Assembly: GCA_038064835.1 (NCBI GenBank)
Contig: JBBTSD010000001.1
Span: 28,422 to 92,421, forward strand
Source: Patescibacteria group bacterium
GTDB taxonomy: Bacteria > Patescibacteriota > Minisyncoccia > Phycocordibacterales > UBA2100
DNA length: 64,000 nucleotides
Direction: 5' to 3'
A model generated the notes under the pieces. It was given only the letters and a program-made list of their open reading frames with translations. It did no database searches and was not told where the DNA came from. Shown here piece after piece: positions 56,201 to 63,448 of this stretch (positions are counted from its first letter, which is position 1; the number at the start of each line of letters is the position of its first letter). Position numbers and translations under genes: made by a program.

Positions 56201-56385
56201 CACTTCTCGCAGAGGCGGGGATATTTGCGACGCGCGTGATAGTCCCGGCGCTCATACCGCTCTACTATAGTGAACACATGGCACCGACACTGCTTACACA
56301 TCGACTTGCGCAGTGGAGCGCACAACAGGGTTTTGGGGACAAAAAGTGCGCTATTTCCAATGTGTTTCCACACCCGTACCCGTGA
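53215..56385 (+). CDS. AMMECR1-like domain, alpha-helical toroid-like domain and C-terminal YcaO fused in one protein
   Basis: AMMECR1-like LRG....DPRF.P....G.FLPEV. Helical middle with QLSDGAF and GGF...WLD.VWH. YcaO GEMYER, IPAQLV, NSSGLGA....LHEVLERDA, ALEE, ending PHPYP. Start is uncertain (53161, 53197 or 53215). Confidence 0.85.
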   Translation: MNPDSQRTKAYKISAHQDSLAGRPGKDTGADTDLITSKNEWTVALAHARAVIEAELLGKKAPQFPFSKAPQFLSPGTAGVCIWVGGSLRGSHIVEGALLGNAVSESAAQTVQDPRFKPIAEADSKNMRVQVSQISSVWVRIDPRTGTLAHNKGYALVHGGKTGWFLPEVFSIRTFTSISQLARALAREKLHLPEEVAFGKDTELYTFEVYEVVESMCESELSVGGAQTYPVHLDGPIPREARTDRESSISRMVAYAVRCCNEDGSITCALSEGIADARYEWGRAFFSIAAMAEYARTAPSALTKAAHRAYHYHRSHLFGKRGAHLPDTALLYAYLGHAALSFGFVDDARMCSEYIKGVVERERFSPIPFGQAASFLSRMILVGLDIKAHAAAYCLATLARHFEEDTNKSTASYAELATASAIFYKATQSEWALGLARMTARWLMSEQLSDGAFRGSQSSTSAYTRGTGKVIEALAEYARSCPLSEDERARVVTAMGRGESWMMRMQYSAESSFALSKTFREKVQGGFRHDYFSKDAWLDAVWHFLLYKARRESNDEKRAHGHQTIEFLPLRNAPRFFKEHGEDSRLRTDKYAALGWAFMKKLGVGSAIEKLSTRELLDAWTILRRARITESEVAHTMRYMAFPDTPGFFACHPTLSYEPGSTDGRTKQRRYAHGFSESWERALAQSVGEMYERYFLSLYKSNELRLASVNELKADHVAHLDPAYLTRLSESQVKALGSRSWDESVPLRWVEGVRVSSGKKVLIPAQLVFWNYSCANDEARLCESNSSGLGAAGSSAGALLAGLHEVLERDAFLAHWLTKTPLERITLASVPGEKCARFVDRARKHGVRMSLFRAGTTGGIDAFYALLEDERGRGNPRVVLGGSCKSNPVAAIERALEEVWSIYFAVRAEEKGSYELLAEDYVPFKSPLAIGKRVSLWSHQDTAPEISFLLKVKEQDFSVPSRTGTRNAHEELLTTVEDIEKQGVGYEVFAYHAVHPLLAEAGIFATRVIVPALIPLYYSEHMAPTLLTHRLAQWSAQQGFGDKKCAISNVFPHPYP

Positions 56386-56448
56386 GACCTTTTCTAAAGT
56401 TCGTACACAACTTGTTGCGCAGATTTCAATTACATAGCGACACGCTGT

Positions 56449-56491
56449 TTATCCACACAGACAGTCAAGAGTGTTCGGAACGCGGTACTAT
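56449..56491 (+). promoter_or_regulatory. Perfect DnaA-box-like 9-mer and -10 element upstream of the precursor gene
   Basis: TTATCCACA at 56449-56457. TACTAT at 56486-56491, 6 nt before ATG 56498. Confidence 0.5.
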
Positions 56492-56497
56492 GTGTGC

Positions 56498-56947
56498 ATG
56501 GTTGCGGTCCAAGTATCAAAAGATTTTTTGAGGCGGGCTGGGTATGCGCTTTTGGTAATACTCGGTGTGGGTTTATCGTTAGGCGCCCTCTTGTTCCCTC
56601 GCGCATCCGGCACTTCACACGGGCTGACTGGAAAGGACACAGCCCATGCGGATGTCCCTGGTTGCGGAGGGGGAGGATGCGCTGAATCATGTGGTAGCTC
56701 ATGTGGTAGCTCATGCGACAGTTCATGCGACAGTTCATGCTCGTCATGCACGGCGTGTAGCACGGATGGGGGGTGTGATTCAGGGTGTTCATGTGATTGT
56801 GGTTGTGCTGGTGGGTGTGGAGGGGACTGTTCTGGTGGGTGTAGCGATGGGTGTGGCTCGGCTGATGGGTGTGGCTCGGCTGATGGGTGCGGGTGTGGAT
56901 GCTCCGAAGGTGGTGGAGGAGGTGAGGGCGAAGGAGAGGGCGCTTAG
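56498..56947 (+). CDS. Putative RiPP precursor: TM/signal-like leader, AHA|D motif, Cys/Ser/Gly/Asp-rich core
   Basis: Basic n-region KDFLRR, hydrophobic stretch ALLVILGVGLSLGALLF, TAHA|DVPG, then a 98-aa core with 22 Cys, 19 Ser and 2 Thr. Lies next to two YcaO genes and SagB. Confidence 0.8.
   Translation: MVAVQVSKDFLRRAGYALLVILGVGLSLGALLFPRASGTSHGLTGKDTAHADVPGCGGGGCAESCGSSCGSSCDSSCDSSCSSCTACSTDGGCDSGCSCDCGCAGGCGGDCSGGCSDGCGSADGCGSADGCGCGCSEGGGGGEGEGEGA
56687..56890 (+). repeat. In-frame tandem repeats in the precursor core
   Basis: 12-bp units tcatgtggtagc x2 and tcatgcgacagt x2 (56687-56734). 18-bp unit gatgggtgtggctcggct x2 plus a partial copy (56846-56890). Confidence 0.9.
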
Positions 56948-56982
56948 TTAGCTTACGCCAAAAATTTCACTACACTAAATAT

Positions 56983-58104
56983 ATGCAAGCAGAAAGTTTG
57001 AAATCAATATATCGGGGAGTTTTCATAATCGCTTTTCTCGCAGTTTCTGTGGTCGCCTTCTATGTTCAATACGAGTTAAAAGGACAGAGTGCGATGTCTA
57101 AGGAGGAAATCCGCGGGGCAGAAGAGCTCGCGCTTCGTGGCCAATATGATAAGGCACTTGCGATGGCTCGGAATACAGCCAGTGCCGCCTCGGACCCTCG
57201 CAGTATCTTTGACGCGCGACTCACGGCCATATTTTCTGCTTTTATGGGAGGGGATACTGACGCCAGGCTTGCAGCTGTGCGAGTCGCGAAAGAGCAGTAT
57301 GCGATTGCCGCCGAGCCGCGTGAGCGCTCATACATAATCGGTATGCTCATTGGTTTTATTACAATAGATAGAAACCCAAAAGTGTTCGGAGAGGTATTTT
57401 CAGGAGATATCTTTGGCGCACTTCGCGCAAAAGATGGAGATCCTTTGGTTTCTCTAAAGAATCTTGCAGAGCTTTCTATAGTCGAAAACCCAACATCAGG
57501 AGCATATCTCCAGATAGCGACGCTCGACGCCGCTCGTATTCTAGGCGCCAAAGCTCTCAAGCTTAGCAAGGAAGATCGGCAAGCCCATGCTAAAAACATA
57601 CTCACATTGCTCGAATCCGCGGCGGCTGTTTTTTCCGATGAGCGCACGCATATTCCCCGTACACTCTTCGGCAAGCTTCAGTTCGCGAGTTACTACAGCC
57701 GGACAGGATATCTGTACGGTGCGGTGGCACTAGTTATCCCTGATTATTTCAAGCAATCGGAGGAGGCGTATCAGACGCTCTATGCACTTCGCGCAAAAGA
57801 AGAGGGTGGGAAGCAAGGCCTGATTTCGTCATGGGTTCCTCATGCGTATCTCAATCATGCACTGTATCTTGATTCGGTCGGGGGTGTTTCTAGGCGCGGA
57901 GATATGCAAGAAGTACTCAGCTCGCTGGTTGGTTTAGTGCAAGCCGATCGGGCTGTGCACGAAAAATCCTTCCTGGGTTTCTTGCGCAACGCGAAAGAAA
58001 TGGAAGCGAAGTATGGTTCGTATGACGCCAAGAACCTACGCCACCTTGCGACCTTATCTCCAGAGCTCAAAGATTTCCTAGTCCAAGAAGGGTGGATATT
58101 CTAA
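56983..58104 (+). CDS. Membrane-anchored alpha-helical (TPR-like) hypothetical protein
   Basis: Single N-terminal TM. GQYDKALA and other Ala/Tyr/Leu helical-repeat patterns. TACACT 6 nt upstream. Confidence 0.7.
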   Translation: MQAESLKSIYRGVFIIAFLAVSVVAFYVQYELKGQSAMSKEEIRGAEELALRGQYDKALAMARNTASAASDPRSIFDARLTAIFSAFMGGDTDARLAAVRVAKEQYAIAAEPRERSYIIGMLIGFITIDRNPKVFGEVFSGDIFGALRAKDGDPLVSLKNLAELSIVENPTSGAYLQIATLDAARILGAKALKLSKEDRQAHAKNILTLLESAAAVFSDERTHIPRTLFGKLQFASYYSRTGYLYGAVALVIPDYFKQSEEAYQTLYALRAKEEGGKQGLISSWVPHAYLNHALYLDSVGGVSRRGDMQEVLSSLVGLVQADRAVHEKSFLGFLRNAKEMEAKYGSYDAKNLRHLATLSPELKDFLVQEGWIF

Positions 58105-58126
58105 AAGTATCCTGCGCGATTATTTT

Positions 58127-58154
58127 TTGCAATTACGCTGTAGTCTGTTATAGT
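58127..58154 (+). promoter_or_regulatory. Dedicated promoter for fusA
   Basis: TTGCAA, 16 nt, TATAGT with an upstream TG extension. Confidence 0.6.
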
Positions 58155-58208
58155 TCGGTGGTCGCTTCGGCGGTTTTTATTTTAACTAAGTATCTGTTTT
58201 ATTCCCCT

Positions 58209-60353
58209 ATGAATCGAGATTATCCACTGGAGAGGGTGCGCAACTTCGGCATCATCGCACACATCGACGCGGGCAAGACCACCACCTCTGAGCGTATTCT
58301 CTTTTACACGGGTGAATCTCATAAAATCGGTGAAGTGCACGACGGTAACACCGTGACCGACTGGATGGAACAGGAGCGCGAACGAGGTATCACGATTACC
58401 GCCGCCGCAATCACTTGTTTCTGGAATCCTTCGTACATGGGCACCGACCTCTCATTCAAACATCGTTTCAATATCATCGATACTCCAGGCCACATCGACT
58501 TCACTTCTGAAGTACAACGATCAATGCGCGTCCTCGACGGCGCGATTGTCGTGTTTGACGGTGTTGCTGGTGTAGAGCCACAGACCGAGACCAACTGGCG
58601 CTACGCCGAAGATGCAAAAGTACCCCGTCTTTGTTTCGTGAATAAGCTTGACCGCACAGGCGCATCTTTTGATAAATCGTTTGGCATGATTCGCGAGCGG
58701 CTGTCGAAAAACGCGGTGCGTATGCAAATTCCTATTGGCGAAGAAGATGCGCTTGAAGGCGTCATTAATCTTATAGATATGCAGGCGTTTCGTTTTGAGG
58801 GAGACAAGGGGCGCGTCGTCATTCCTATGCCGGTACCCGAATCTCACAAAGCAGAGGCAGAGAAGTACCGTGCCGAACTCATCGAAGCGATCGTCGAGCA
58901 CGACGAGGTGCTTATGACAGGATACCTTGAGGGGAAGGAACCGACCGTCCCTGTGCTTAAAGCCACGCTCAGGAAGGCAGTTATCGAAAATAAAATCTTC
59001 CCCACCTTCTGTGGTTCCGCACTTAAAAATGTTGGAGTCCAGCTGGTCCTTGATGGTGTTGTGGACTACCTCCCGACACCGCTTGACCTTCCGCCAGCAA
59101 AGGGAATCCATCCTGATACAGGCGAAGTGATCGAACGCAAACCAGCCGACTCTGAGCCATTCTCTGCGCTTATTTTTAAACTCCAGACTGACCCGTTTGT
59201 AGGTCAGCTCTCATTCTTTCGCGTATATTCAGGTCAACTAGAGGTGGGAAGCTATGTCTACAATGCATCAAATGGCACCAAGGAGCGTGTTGGCCGTATG
59301 GTTCGCCTCCAGGCCGACAAACGAGAAGAAATAAAAAAGGTGTTCACTGGTGAAATCGCGGCACTCTTGGGCGCAAAGGATGCCAAGATTGGGCACACCA
59401 TTTGTGATGAAAAGAATCCAATAATTCTCGAAGAGATTAAATTCCGTCAGCCAGTTCTCTCTGCTCGTATTGAGCCAAAGACCAAGGGCGATCAAGAAAA
59501 GATGGGTATGGCATTAGCAAAACTTTCCGACGAAGATCCAACATTCCGTATTCGCAGTGACGAGGAAACAGGCGACACCATCGTGTCCGGTATGGGCGAG
59601 CTCCATCTCGATATCATTGTTGATCGGATGCGTCGCGAGTTTGGCGTTGAGGCAACACTCGGCAAGCCGCAAGTCGCTTACCGCGAGACCATTCAGGGTA
59701 GTGCTGAAGTTGAAAATAAATACATCAAGCAGACCGGAGGTCGCGGGCAGTACGGCCATGTCAAAATTCGCGTCAAACCACTCGAGCCATTGGTGGAAGG
59801 CAAGAAGATTCCTGCAAATACGACTCGTGAAGACCACTTTGAGTTCATTAATACCGTTAAAGGAGGCGCAATTCCTCAGGAATATATTCCTGCTGTCGAG
59901 AAGGGTATTCGTGAAGCGCTTGAGCGCGGAGTCCTTGCGGGTTATCCGGTTGTCGATGTCTCTGTCGAGTTGTTTGACGGGTCGTTTCATGAAGTCGACT
60001 CATCCGAAATTGCCTTCAAGATTGCCGGTTCCATGGCGTTTCAGGAGGCTGCACGACAGGCACGACTTGCGCTCCTTGAGCCAATTATGAAAATCGAAGT
60101 TGTTACCCCGGACAAATTCATGGGCGATGTTACGGGTAATCTCAATGGCAAGCGCGGACAAGTACAATCTATCGACGATCGCTCAGGCGGCCTCAAAGTT
60201 ATTATTGCGCATGTACCGCTCTCTGAAATGTTTGGGTACACCACAGCACTTCGTTCGATGACTGAAGGCCGTGCGACATCCATGATGGAATTCGATCATT
60301 ATGCAACGGTACCAAAGAATGTAGCAGATGAGGTTGTTGCAAGTAGAAAGTAG
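58209..60353 (+). CDS. fusA: Elongation factor G
   Basis: RNFGIIAHIDAGKTT, ERGITI, DTPGH, NKLD, GMGELHL, KQTGGRGQYGHV, DGSFHEVDSS, LLEPIM. Start ATG 58209. Confidence 0.99.
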   Translation: MNRDYPLERVRNFGIIAHIDAGKTTTSERILFYTGESHKIGEVHDGNTVTDWMEQERERGITITAAAITCFWNPSYMGTDLSFKHRFNIIDTPGHIDFTSEVQRSMRVLDGAIVVFDGVAGVEPQTETNWRYAEDAKVPRLCFVNKLDRTGASFDKSFGMIRERLSKNAVRMQIPIGEEDALEGVINLIDMQAFRFEGDKGRVVIPMPVPESHKAEAEKYRAELIEAIVEHDEVLMTGYLEGKEPTVPVLKATLRKAVIENKIFPTFCGSALKNVGVQLVLDGVVDYLPTPLDLPPAKGIHPDTGEVIERKPADSEPFSALIFKLQTDPFVGQLSFFRVYSGQLEVGSYVYNASNGTKERVGRMVRLQADKREEIKKVFTGEIAALLGAKDAKIGHTICDEKNPIILEEIKFRQPVLSARIEPKTKGDQEKMGMALAKLSDEDPTFRIRSDEETGDTIVSGMGELHLDIIVDRMRREFGVEATLGKPQVAYRETIQGSAEVENKYIKQTGGRGQYGHVKIRVKPLEPLVEGKKIPANTTREDHFEFINTVKGGAIPQEYIPAVEKGIREALERGVLAGYPVVDVSVELFDGSFHEVDSSEIAFKIAGSMAFQEAARQARLALLEPIMKIEVVTPDKFMGDVTGNLNGKRGQVQSIDDRSGGLKVIIAHVPLSEMFGYTTALRSMTEGRATSMMEFDHYATVPKNVADEVVASRK

Positions 60354-60370
60354 TAATGTGAAAGAGACAA

Positions 60371-61999
60371 CTACGGTGTTGCCGTGGTGATGCAATGCAG
60401 AGCGTTATTAAAGGTCGGGACATAGGTCCGGCTCGTCTCTTGATCATACAAAATCTTGCCAACAATCCTTTCTGGGAACTGGATGTGACCTAGTTCTTTT
60501 CCTGTTGTAGGGTCGATTTTGTACAAGACACCGTCGTTCGAACCTATAAACAACGAACCCTTGATGAGGGCAGGGCTACTAAAGATTCTCCCGCGTGTCA
60601 AAAATTTCCAATGCAGTTTTTTATGCACGGTGTCGTAGGAGTAGACAAACTTATCGAGTGAGTTGATGAATAGTGTATCGCCAGTCCATAGTGGGGTGGA
60701 GTATATCGCCTCGAGTGTTTCAAATGTATCTGAGATGGCTAGAGTCTTGGTGTCAATAATATGACACTTCTTGTCGAATGCTCCGAAGGCGACTTTCGAT
60801 CCATCAGATTTTTCTGCAAACGATGCACGAATCGGCGCGCCGATAGTATGCTCCTGTAGTTGTTCGCCTGTTTTCGCACGGTACATTCGGACAATCCCAT
60901 CATTAGAGCCACAGAAGAGCAGATTATTTTTTTCAGACACATAGGGAGAGCAGTGGGTAAGACCGGTGTGCTGACCACGCCACCGTTCTTCTCCTGTCTC
61001 TGGGTCAAGTGCTACAACGGCGCCTCGTTTTTTCCAGAGACCAAATTCGAGACCAATGTACAGTAGGTTATTTTTTGTGGAAACGGCAGGAGAAGATCCG
61101 ATCCAGTCAGCATCCATAAATACCCACTTTGTTTTGCCTGTTTTTGCATCGAGTGCGTACAGATTGCCGTCGTACGCACCAAAGTACACGATATCGTTGA
61201 ATACCAGGGGTGAAGAATAGATCATTTTCCCCTTGTCTCCAAAACGGACCGTGTGGGTCCAGAGAGTAGAACCGTTTTGTTTATTGATACAGTAAAATAC
61301 GCCCGAATCAGTACCAAAAAGTAATGTGTCCCCATGCATTACCGGTGTCGACTTGGGGACAACATTTTTGTAATTCACTGAGGTGGGAGAAGTGGTGAAT
61401 GTCCAATGATGGGTAAATGGGAGTGGTTGTAGCTCGCGTACATTTTCAAAATTCCTGACACCCAACGACTCTTGGAAATCGTTGAGTTCGAAAAGGGTGA
61501 CAAGGCGGATGCCATTTTGTGTCAGAAAATCGTAAAACGAAGTATCTCGGAAACGCACAAGGCAAAAAATTGCCTCGACCTGCAATCCCGCCTCCCGCAA
61601 TGTGGCGATCTGCTTCTCTACAGACTTCCCGCTATTCAAAATGTCGTCTACCAGAATGATGGGCTCTTGTGTAGGTGATCCTTCAATGGACTTGTGTAAG
61701 TCGTGTTTCTTCCTGCCTTTGCGTATAAAAAGACCATTTGCCCTAATGTTGCGTGTTTCAGCAGAAAAAACCAGGGTGGTCAAAAGAGGGATGGATGCTG
61801 ATTCAAGGCCGCATACTTGGAGGGTTTGCTTGTCTGGAAACGCCTCGAAAAAAGCCGTCGCATATACATCCATAAATTCCTTCGTCATGCTGACATTTCG
61901 AAAATCAAAAATCCATCGCTCCTCGCCTGTGTCTTGGAACCGTGAAAAAGTCTTTTGCTCAATCAGTTTCTTTAATGCCGCATGTCGTGGAGAGCTCAT
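60371..61999 (-). CDS. Orotate-PRTase-like domain fused to a PQQ/BamB-type beta-propeller
   Basis: G.E...IP, RK.RKKH....IEG and the PRPP loop ILVDDILNSGKS. Repeats SSP....VYFGA.DG.LYALDA.TG...W. Confidence 0.85.
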   Translation of the reverse strand: MSSPRHAALKKLIEQKTFSRFQDTGEERWIFDFRNVSMTKEFMDVYATAFFEAFPDKQTLQVCGLESASIPLLTTLVFSAETRNIRANGLFIRKGRKKHDLHKSIEGSPTQEPIILVDDILNSGKSVEKQIATLREAGLQVEAIFCLVRFRDTSFYDFLTQNGIRLVTLFELNDFQESLGVRNFENVRELQPLPFTHHWTFTTSPTSVNYKNVVPKSTPVMHGDTLLFGTDSGVFYCINKQNGSTLWTHTVRFGDKGKMIYSSPLVFNDIVYFGAYDGNLYALDAKTGKTKWVFMDADWIGSSPAVSTKNNLLYIGLEFGLWKKRGAVVALDPETGEERWRGQHTGLTHCSPYVSEKNNLLFCGSNDGIVRMYRAKTGEQLQEHTIGAPIRASFAEKSDGSKVAFGAFDKKCHIIDTKTLAISDTFETLEAIYSTPLWTGDTLFINSLDKFVYSYDTVHKKLHWKFLTRGRIFSSPALIKGSLFIGSNDGVLYKIDPTTGKELGHIQFPERIVGKILYDQETSRTYVPTFNNALHCITTATP

Positions 62000-63405
62000 T
62001 GTCTTTTGAAGGTTGCGTACAGCACTGCGCTACAGGCACCCAGGATCGATAGAATCCACAAAAGCCAATATCCCGATACCAGGTTCTCAAGGAGTTTTTC
62101 GTTTTTTATAAGGTCGGGAGAGACTTTTATCTGCGGGCTGATATCGTACGCAAATCCATTTTTAAATATGGGGGTATCAAGGACCTGGGCGTTGTCGGTA
62201 CGAATCCATTCGTTATGTGCAAATGGACGATATTCGAGGACACACACATCCTCAACATCAACAATCCTTTCATATTTCTCACCGTTGATGGAGTGGTCGA
62301 ATGTCCATGAAATTCGCGCAACAGAGTCGTCCCGCATGCATTTTGTTTTCAGGGGGAACCAGTAGCGATAGGGGTCGCAGCGATTATTGGCGACATGATT
62401 TTCTCGAGCAAGGACAATTGGCTCGGTGTTGCCAGTGCTATAGACAGTGGCTTTCGAGAAGCATTGATGGTTTGCTTCAAACATGTACATGCCGTAGTAG
62501 TTTCCCTCAAGTGTTTTTTTCTGATCTCCAGGGATAAGGATCCCCGTGAGTTGCCCCGCCAATAAGAAAAGAAGGAATAGGTACCCGAGTAAAGTATTCC
62601 GCGTTATTCTTTTAATGTGGAAGTGTCCCTGTTGTGAAAACAAGATAAAGAGGGCGGGGATCGAGATTGCGATATAGCGGTAGTTCACAATAATACCCGA
62701 ATAGATGTGGAAGAGGAGGAAATAGGTGAGCGCAGCGGTCTGAAGCAGCCTTCTATTTGAGAGAAGGAACCAGCTACCAACCATTTGCATCACGATCACG
62801 ATATTCGTAAAGAAGGGAAGAATTGCATGATTAAACAAGGGTGCTCCGGTAAAGAGCGAGTTGAAGTAGTTGGCAAAAATCCAGCCACCATCAATTTTTA
62901 TACTTGAGGCCAATACATACAGAAATACAAAAGTGATTTTTGCAAAATACTCTTTTTCGCGCATGAACAGCCATACGAATGCGAGCGCCATGTCGTAATA
63001 ATCAAAATTTCCTGTCAGGCCATAGGTAAAGAAAAATCCGACGATTACTTTCCAGATAAGACAGGAAAGGATGACGACATGAGCAGAAGTCCAATCCTTG
63101 CGGTATGCCGCATAGACACCGTAGCTTAAGGCGAGGAATAGGAGTAGGTAGAATGCGCTCTGACTGTATCCATAGGGAAGTGACTCGAGAAAAAGGTATT
63201 CGCCACAGGATGGAAAATATGGTGGGCAGACATGGAGGCCATTTTGATAAGTAGAGATGCTAATGAAATTCTTTTCAACCCACCCGAAAAAAGTAATGAA
63301 AAAAGAGAGACTTAGAGCATAAAAGAGTAGCTGAAGGACAGGGCTACTTTCAATCTCCTGAATAGCAAAGAACTGGTAATATCTTCTCTTTAAATTGAAC
63401 ACCAT
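61996..63405 (-). CDS. Polytopic membrane protein, HTTM / vitamin-K-dependent gamma-carboxylase-like
   Basis: About 8-9 TM segments. LY..ASSIK...GW, FH, TLEG.YYG.YMF, Cys-containing soluble domain. Its stop overlaps the next start (ATGA). Start placed at ATG 63405. Confidence 0.6.
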   Translation of the reverse strand: MVFNLKRRYYQFFAIQEIESSPVLQLLFYALSLSFFITFFGWVEKNFISISTYQNGLHVCPPYFPSCGEYLFLESLPYGYSQSAFYLLLFLALSYGVYAAYRKDWTSAHVVILSCLIWKVIVGFFFTYGLTGNFDYYDMALAFVWLFMREKEYFAKITFVFLYVLASSIKIDGGWIFANYFNSLFTGAPLFNHAILPFFTNIVIVMQMVGSWFLLSNRRLLQTAALTYFLLFHIYSGIIVNYRYIAISIPALFILFSQQGHFHIKRITRNTLLGYLFLLFLLAGQLTGILIPGDQKKTLEGNYYGMYMFEANHQCFSKATVYSTGNTEPIVLARENHVANNRCDPYRYWFPLKTKCMRDDSVARISWTFDHSINGEKYERIVDVEDVCVLEYRPFAHNEWIRTDNAQVLDTPIFKNGFAYDISPQIKVSPDLIKNEKLLENLVSGYWLLWILSILGACSAVLYATFKRQ

Positions 63406-63448
63406 GAGTATGATAGTATAGGCAAGTCGTCCCTCAAGCAAAGTGCCT

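Noticed and set aside
51687-56385. Thioamide-forming YcaO system
   Set aside because: No TfuA or sulfur-carrier gene seen. Both YcaOs have Pro-rich C-termini and a SagB partner, which favours azoles. Not fully excluded for one of the two.
56687-56890. Short repeats as a possible CRISPR array
   Set aside because: Directly tandem, in-frame, with no spacers and no cas genes.
56430-56951. Alternative-frame His/Met-repeat ORFs over the precursor
   Set aside because: By-products of the 12-bp and 18-bp repeats. Only the Cys/Gly frame has a TM leader and a correctly spaced -10.
50901-58208. Mobile element or prophage as carrier of the cluster
   Set aside because: No integrase, transposase, terminal repeat or target duplication recognised.
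58092-58208. N-terminal extension of EF-G in the ORF track (similar extensions on mscL, sagB, ycaO, lipB)
   Set aside because: Longest-ORF artefacts. The extensions span promoter-like sequence, and family homology begins at downstream starts.
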